64,000 nucleotides of DNA from an uncultured Gemmatimonadaceae bacterium (GTDB taxonomy: Bacteria; Gemmatimonadota; Gemmatimonadetes; Gemmatimonadales; Gemmatimonadaceae): the NCBI GenBank assembly GCA_963817955.1, contig CAWFQK010000004.1, forward strand, positions 1,280,001 through 1,344,000. The letters run 5' to 3'. Within the stretch, counting starts at the first letter, position 1; every line of letters starts with the position of its first letter. A model generated the notes under the pieces. That model saw only the letters and a list, made by a program, of their open reading frames with translations. It did no database searches and was not told where the DNA came from. Below, in pieces: positions 59,681-64,000 of this stretch. The position numbers were made by a program, and so were the translations under genes.

Positions 59681-60808
59681 TCAGCACTTTCCGGCCGGCA
59701 GCTTCGTATCGACGTGCACCGTGACGGACATGCCGGGGCGAAGCGGGCGATCGTTGCCGAGGGCCTGCCGCACGCGGACGCGGACCGGCACGCGCTGTAC
59801 GACCTTGGTGAAGTTGCCGGTGGCGTTGTCGGGCGGCAGGAGGGCGAATTTCGAACCGGTTGCCGCACTCACGCTTTCCACACAGCCCGTGGCCGTGGCA
59901 CCGTCGTAGGCATCGACACTGATCTCCGCCGGCTGCCCGACGCGAATGTCGGCGAGCTGCGTTTCCTTGAAGTTCGCCGTGACGAACACCCCCGTGTCGG
60001 TGACGATCGTCAGGAGCGGCTGGCCGGCCTGAACGAGCTGGCCGGGCTCCACCTGCTTCCGCGACACGATTCCACTGGCCGGCGCGAGCACGCGCGTGTA
60101 ACTGAGCTGGAGCGCCGCGTTATCACGAGCCGCCTGCGCTCCGGCCAAGCGCGCCGTCGCCAAGCGTACGCCGGCTTGCGCGCCGGCGACCGAGCCCCCG
60201 GCGGCTGTGGTCTGCCGTTGCAGAGCCACCACGTTCGCCGCTGCCGCTTCCGCCGCGGCGGAGGCCGCGTCGAGCTGCATCTTGGACACGACCTGCTTCG
60301 CCGCCAGCTCTTCCATGCGGGCGAGGTCCTTCCGCGCCTTCAATTCGTTGGCGCGTGCGGCCGTGATCTGCGCATCGAGCGCTGCACGTTGGCCGGACGC
60401 CTGCTCCACCATGGCCTGCGCTTGGCCACCCGATCCGGCGCCTCCCGCCGAAGCCCGCGCAGCGGCGAGGTCTGCCTCTGCCTGCGCGACGCGCACCCGA
60501 TACTCGGCCGGATCGATCTGCACGAGCAGGGAATCCGTCGTGACGTGATCGTTGTCGCTGATGGTCACCGACTGCACGTACCCGCTCACCTTGGCGAGCA
60601 CTGGAACGAGATGTCCGTCGATCGCCGCGTCGTCGGTGGACTCATGACTGCGGCCATAGCTCCACTGCTTGACGCCCCAGATCGCTGCGATGAGCAGGAC
60701 GACGGCGACGATTGGAAGAACGATGCGCCGCTTGCCACTCTTCGGCGAGTCGGACTCGTCGACGGCGAGATCGCGCTGATCGACATCTTGCTTGAGGACG
60801 GTTGCCAT
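59681..60808 (-). CDS. emrA: EmrA/HlyD membrane fusion protein
   Basis: ESTDDA, ANFKETQL, FALLPPDNATGNFTKVVQRVPV, LRPGMS. Confidence 0.92.
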   Translation of the reverse strand: MATVLKQDVDQRDLAVDESDSPKSGKRRIVLPIVAVVLLIAAIWGVKQWSYGRSHESTDDAAIDGHLVPVLAKVSGYVQSVTISDNDHVTTDSLLVQIDPAEYRVRVAQAEADLAAARASAGGAGSGGQAQAMVEQASGQRAALDAQITAARANELKARKDLARMEELAAKQVVSKMQLDAASAAAEAAAANVVALQRQTTAAGGSVAGAQAGVRLATARLAGAQAARDNAALQLSYTRVLAPASGIVSRKQVEPGQLVQAGQPLLTIVTDTGVFVTANFKETQLADIRVGQPAEISVDAYDGATATGCVESVSAATGSKFALLPPDNATGNFTKVVQRVPVRVRVRQALGNDRPLRPGMSVTVHVDTKLPAGKC

Positions 60809-60837
60809 TGGACAAAAACCAGGTCGATGGTGATCGG

Positions 60838-62235
60838 TTATCGAAGCTGCGAGACCGTGCCTTCGGCTCGAGCGAGCGAGACGCGGGCGGTCTGATATGC
60901 GGTCAGCGCGTCGATGAGTCCCGTACGCGCGCTATTCAACGAGGCCAATGCGGTGATGACATCGGCGTTACCGGATACGCCGGCACGGAAACGTTCCCGT
61001 GCCTGTTCTACTTCCTGTTCGGCGAAACGCTGCCGTTCCTGTGCCGCGTCCACGGCTTCGCGCGCCGAAGCGATATCGAGTATCGCGCCGCGCACGTCCA
61101 CCGCTACCTGCTGCTGCAGATCGCGACGGCGGACGTCGACGTCGTGCAAGACGGCTTCCTGTTCCTGCGCCTGCCCTTCCCGGTGGTGGCCTTCGAATAC
61201 CGGCCACGAGAGCTGAACACCGTAGGTATAGGTATTGAGGAGATGCTTGAAACCGAGGCCGTCGCTCACGCTGCCAGAGAGGCCGTTCGCGCCATCGTTA
61301 CCGAAGACGCCCACCGAGGGCAGGCGCGAAGCGCGCACGACAGCCATTTGCTGCTGGGCCGCGGCGAACTGCGCATCTGCAGCGCGAAGCTCCGGACGGT
61401 TGCGCAGCGCGTTGTCGACGGCGGCTTGCTCGCTCGCCACATCGGGTGGCAGCAACGCCGCCAGGGAGTCGGTGAGCTCGAGTGGAGTATCGAGCGCCAG
61501 ATTCAGCGAGCGCAGGAGATCCAGACGTGAACGATCGCGCTCGTTTCGGGCACCAATGAGCTGCGCGCGGGCGCCGGCCAGCTGCGATTGAGCCCGGGTA
61601 ACGTCGAGCGCAATGCCCACTCCGGCCGTGAGCTGATCGCGCGCGATAGTCAGCAGGTCGGCCGCGACGGTGGAGTCGGCAACACGTGCCAGGAGCGCCG
61701 CGCTGCTCCGCAGCGCGCGAATGTAGGCCATTGCCGCACCGGTGGCCGACTGCTGTGCCGCGACCGCGACATCCGCGTCAGCGGCCGTGACGCCCGAACG
61801 CGCGGCGCGCACCCGCTGGAATGCCGCGGGATTGAACACCGTTTGCGATACCTGACCCCGAAAGTCCCAGAGATTGACCGGACCAATGATCTGACCATTC
61901 GGATTGAGCAGGGGTGGTTGCCCTGGCGCAGACGGAAAGTTGAAGCCGAAGCTGGCGCTATTCAGCGTGTGACTCGTCCAATTGGGCGTCGCGTCGATTT
62001 CCGGCAAGAGCGCCGACCGCGACTGCGTGACCCGCGCTTGGGCCTCCTGGACGCGCGCCTGGGCACTCTGCACGCCGGCCGTTTGCATTGCGGCGAGCCG
62101 CGCGGCATCACCGAGCGACAGGCGGTGCGGCTGCGGCGTCTGTGCTTCCACCGAACGAACGAGGAATGCGAGGAGCGCGACGAGCACCGAGAGACAGGCG
62201 CCAATTCGAATGATCTTGGGATGCATCTTGTTCAT
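60838..62235 (-). CDS. TolC-family outer membrane efflux protein
   Basis: Signal peptide, two OEP repeats (ALLPEI; NRPEL, RLPSV). Confidence 0.88.
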   Translation of the reverse strand: MNKMHPKIIRIGACLSVLVALLAFLVRSVEAQTPQPHRLSLGDAARLAAMQTAGVQSAQARVQEAQARVTQSRSALLPEIDATPNWTSHTLNSASFGFNFPSAPGQPPLLNPNGQIIGPVNLWDFRGQVSQTVFNPAAFQRVRAARSGVTAADADVAVAAQQSATGAAMAYIRALRSSAALLARVADSTVAADLLTIARDQLTAGVGIALDVTRAQSQLAGARAQLIGARNERDRSRLDLLRSLNLALDTPLELTDSLAALLPPDVASEQAAVDNALRNRPELRAADAQFAAAQQQMAVVRASRLPSVGVFGNDGANGLSGSVSDGLGFKHLLNTYTYGVQLSWPVFEGHHREGQAQEQEAVLHDVDVRRRDLQQQVAVDVRGAILDIASAREAVDAAQERQRFAEQEVEQARERFRAGVSGNADVITALASLNSARTGLIDALTAYQTARVSLARAEGTVSQLR

Positions 62236-62909
62236 GGAAAGTCGGCAGCCTGCGCCCGCTGGTTGGCGGCGCACGACCTGATTGCGTAGAGGTAGAATTG
62301 CATCAGCTCATCGAGCACTTGATCATCGGTTTTCGCGGCAACGGAACCGAAGCATTCACGATGCGTGCACCAGAGCCCGTGCATGACGAACGGCGCCGTC
62401 AGCATACGTGCCGCCACTGAGGGGTCCACCTGTCGGAACTCCCCCGTTTCTATTCCGTGCGTGATGATGCTGGCAACCAGGCGATGTCCGCGCGCGACGA
62501 CTTCGTCGGCGTAGAAGCGGGCAAGGTCTGGAAAGTCATGAATCTCGGCATGGATGAGCCTGAAGATCGGCGCGAACTGCGCTGACCGGATGAAGGCCCA
62601 GTACTGGCGCATGAACAACGTGAGCGCGTCAGTCGCCGATCCACTGTTGTCGCTGAGCTGCCGCTCGCCTTCCTCGATTTGGGTGACGACGGTATCGCGA
62701 ATCACCTCGCGAAACAGCTCTTCCTTACTGGCGAAGTACAGGTAGATGGTGCCCTTCGAAAGTCCAGCCCGCTTGGCGATGTCCTCGAGCCTGGACGCGG
62801 CAAGCCCATGGTCGCCAAACACCGCGAGGGCGGCATTCAGGATTTGTCTGGGCCGCTCCTCAGGGAGACGGCGCCAACGGGGTTCTTGGCTGGAAACGGG
62901 CGAGGACAT
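62232..62909 (-). CDS. TetR/AcrR family regulator
   Basis: IAKRAGLSKGTIYLYFASKEELF HTH. Confidence 0.93.
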   Translation of the reverse strand: MSSPVSSQEPRWRRLPEERPRQILNAALAVFGDHGLAASRLEDIAKRAGLSKGTIYLYFASKEELFREVIRDTVVTQIEEGERQLSDNSGSATDALTLFMRQYWAFIRSAQFAPIFRLIHAEIHDFPDLARFYADEVVARGHRLVASIITHGIETGEFRQVDPSVAARMLTAPFVMHGLWCTHRECFGSVAAKTDDQVLDELMQFYLYAIRSCAANQRAQAADFP

Positions 62910-62926
62910 CAGGGGCGCGAGTGAAA

Positions 62927-62988
62927 TAACTGACGCGTCAGTAATATATGGTGCGCACACGAGGATGACAGTGGACCGTCAGTCAGTT
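62927..62988. promoter_or_regulatory. Candidate TetR operator(s)
   Basis: Perfect palindrome ACTGACGCGTCAGT (62929-62942) next to a minus-strand TATATT -10-like box; related GTCAGTCAGTTA further upstream. Confidence 0.7.
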
Positions 62989-63021
62989 ACCACGCCGACG
63001 ATCACCCTCGGTCCAGCACTC

Positions 63022-63669
63022 CTACTGCGACTCCTCTTCCTCGTCTTCTGATTCGTCCAGCCACTCGTAGGCGGCCGTAACGTCGTCACGCGTGAGCGTG
63101 TGACCGCCGGGCTGCCAAGCGAGCGTGACGTCGGCGCCGAACACCCGGAACAGATCGGCGAGTCGCTCGGGATGATCGTTCGGTACGATTGGATCGTTCT
63201 TCCCCGCTCCGATAAAGATCCGCGTGCCGTCGAGCGTCAGCGCGTTCTCGGGGATGAACGGCACCATCGGCCGAAAGAGCACGGCCTCGGAGAAGGTGCC
63301 AGGCGCCGTGAACAGGATACTCGAAGCGATGTTCGCGCCGTTGGAAAATCCAACGGCGACCACACGCTTCGGGTCGAAGTGGTAATGCTCCGCCGCCACG
63401 CCAATGAAGGCGATCAACTCTGTCGTGCGCGCGCGCAGATCTTCCAGGTCGAACACGCCCTCGGCGTGACGCTTGAAGAACCGCGCGGCGCCGTGCTCCG
63501 ACACCGTGCCGCGGGGACTGAGCAGTCCGCCATCGGGAACCAACATCTGCCCAAGCTGGATCAGGTCGTTCTCGTCGCCGCCGGTGCCGTGCAGCAGCAA
63601 GAGCGTGCGGTCGTCGTCCCCTTCCGGCGGGAGATATCGATGGACGTAAGTCTGGAGCGCGTCGGTCAT
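63022..63669 (-). CDS. Alpha/beta hydrolase (YpfH/MhqD-like esterase)
   Basis: LLHGTGG, GFSNGA, NDP, GGH. Confidence 0.88.
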   Translation of the reverse strand: MTDALQTYVHRYLPPEGDDDRTLLLLHGTGGDENDLIQLGQMLVPDGGLLSPRGTVSEHGAARFFKRHAEGVFDLEDLRARTTELIAFIGVAAEHYHFDPKRVVAVGFSNGANIASSILFTAPGTFSEAVLFRPMVPFIPENALTLDGTRIFIGAGKNDPIVPNDHPERLADLFRVFGADVTLAWQPGGHTLTRDDVTAAYEWLDESEDEEEESQ

Positions 63670-63701
63670 GTACTATTCAGTATAAACCGTCCCCGATCAC
63701 A

Positions 63702-64000
63702 ATGAGCCACTCCGACGAATCCAACCACGTTCGCCTCGACAAATGGTTGTGGGCGGCGCGCTTCTTCAAGACGCGTTCGGCCGCCACCGAGGCGATCGCC
63801 GGCGGAAAGGCCGAGGTGAACGGCGAGCACGCCAAGCCCGCCAAGGCAGTCAAGCCCGGTGACGAGGTGAGACTGCGACTGGGGCCATACGAGCACATTC
63901 TCGTCATACGTGCCCTTGCCGAGCGCCGTGGAACAGCGACGGTGGCGCAAGGGCTGTACGAGGAGACGGAAGCGAGCCGCCTGGCGCGCGAGCGATTGTC
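63702..64000 (+). CDS. hslR: Ribosome-associated heat shock protein Hsp15 (partial, absent from the ORF track)
   Basis: Hand translation: VRLDKWLWAARFFKTRS...VKPGD...LYEET; runs off the window. Confidence 0.92.
   Translation, partial: MSHSDESNHVRLDKWLWAARFFKTRSAATEAIAGGKAEVNGEHAKPAKAVKPGDEVRLRLGPYEHILVIRALAERRGTATVAQGLYEETEASRLARERL

Overview
GC-rich bacterial chromosomal window. Gene content and order suggest Gemmatimonadota (inference). Most of it is core genome on the minus strand: a sigma54 activator, mog, gcvT, argF, hslUV, xerC, trmFO, topA, smg-like, aroK, aroC, a type IV pilus locus (pilMNOPQ, minor pilins, pilin, three glycosyltransferases, pilRS), arfB, a Slt transglycosylase, an S9 peptidase, a diguanylate cyclase, a TetR-controlled EmrAB-TolC pump and hslR. 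Highlights missed by the ORF track: (1) a BCP peroxiredoxin whose catalytic Cys codon is an in-frame TGA, followed by a compact three-way-junction RNA (candidate selenoprotein with an atypical SECIS); (2) a 16-aa Trp-Gly peptide gene with a strong RBS between a conserved hypothetical gene and a membrane sensor gene, downstream of a pseudo-receiver sigma54 activator (candidate peptide-signalling module); (3) a lipid cassette with an orphan HMG-CoA reductase; (4) a TMTC-like pilin glycosylation locus; (5) several repeat families, including a MITE-like relic and a palindromic repeat translated as part of TrmFO. Three genes are frameshifted, which may be assembly indel errors. No rRNA, tRNA or CRISPR array was recognised.
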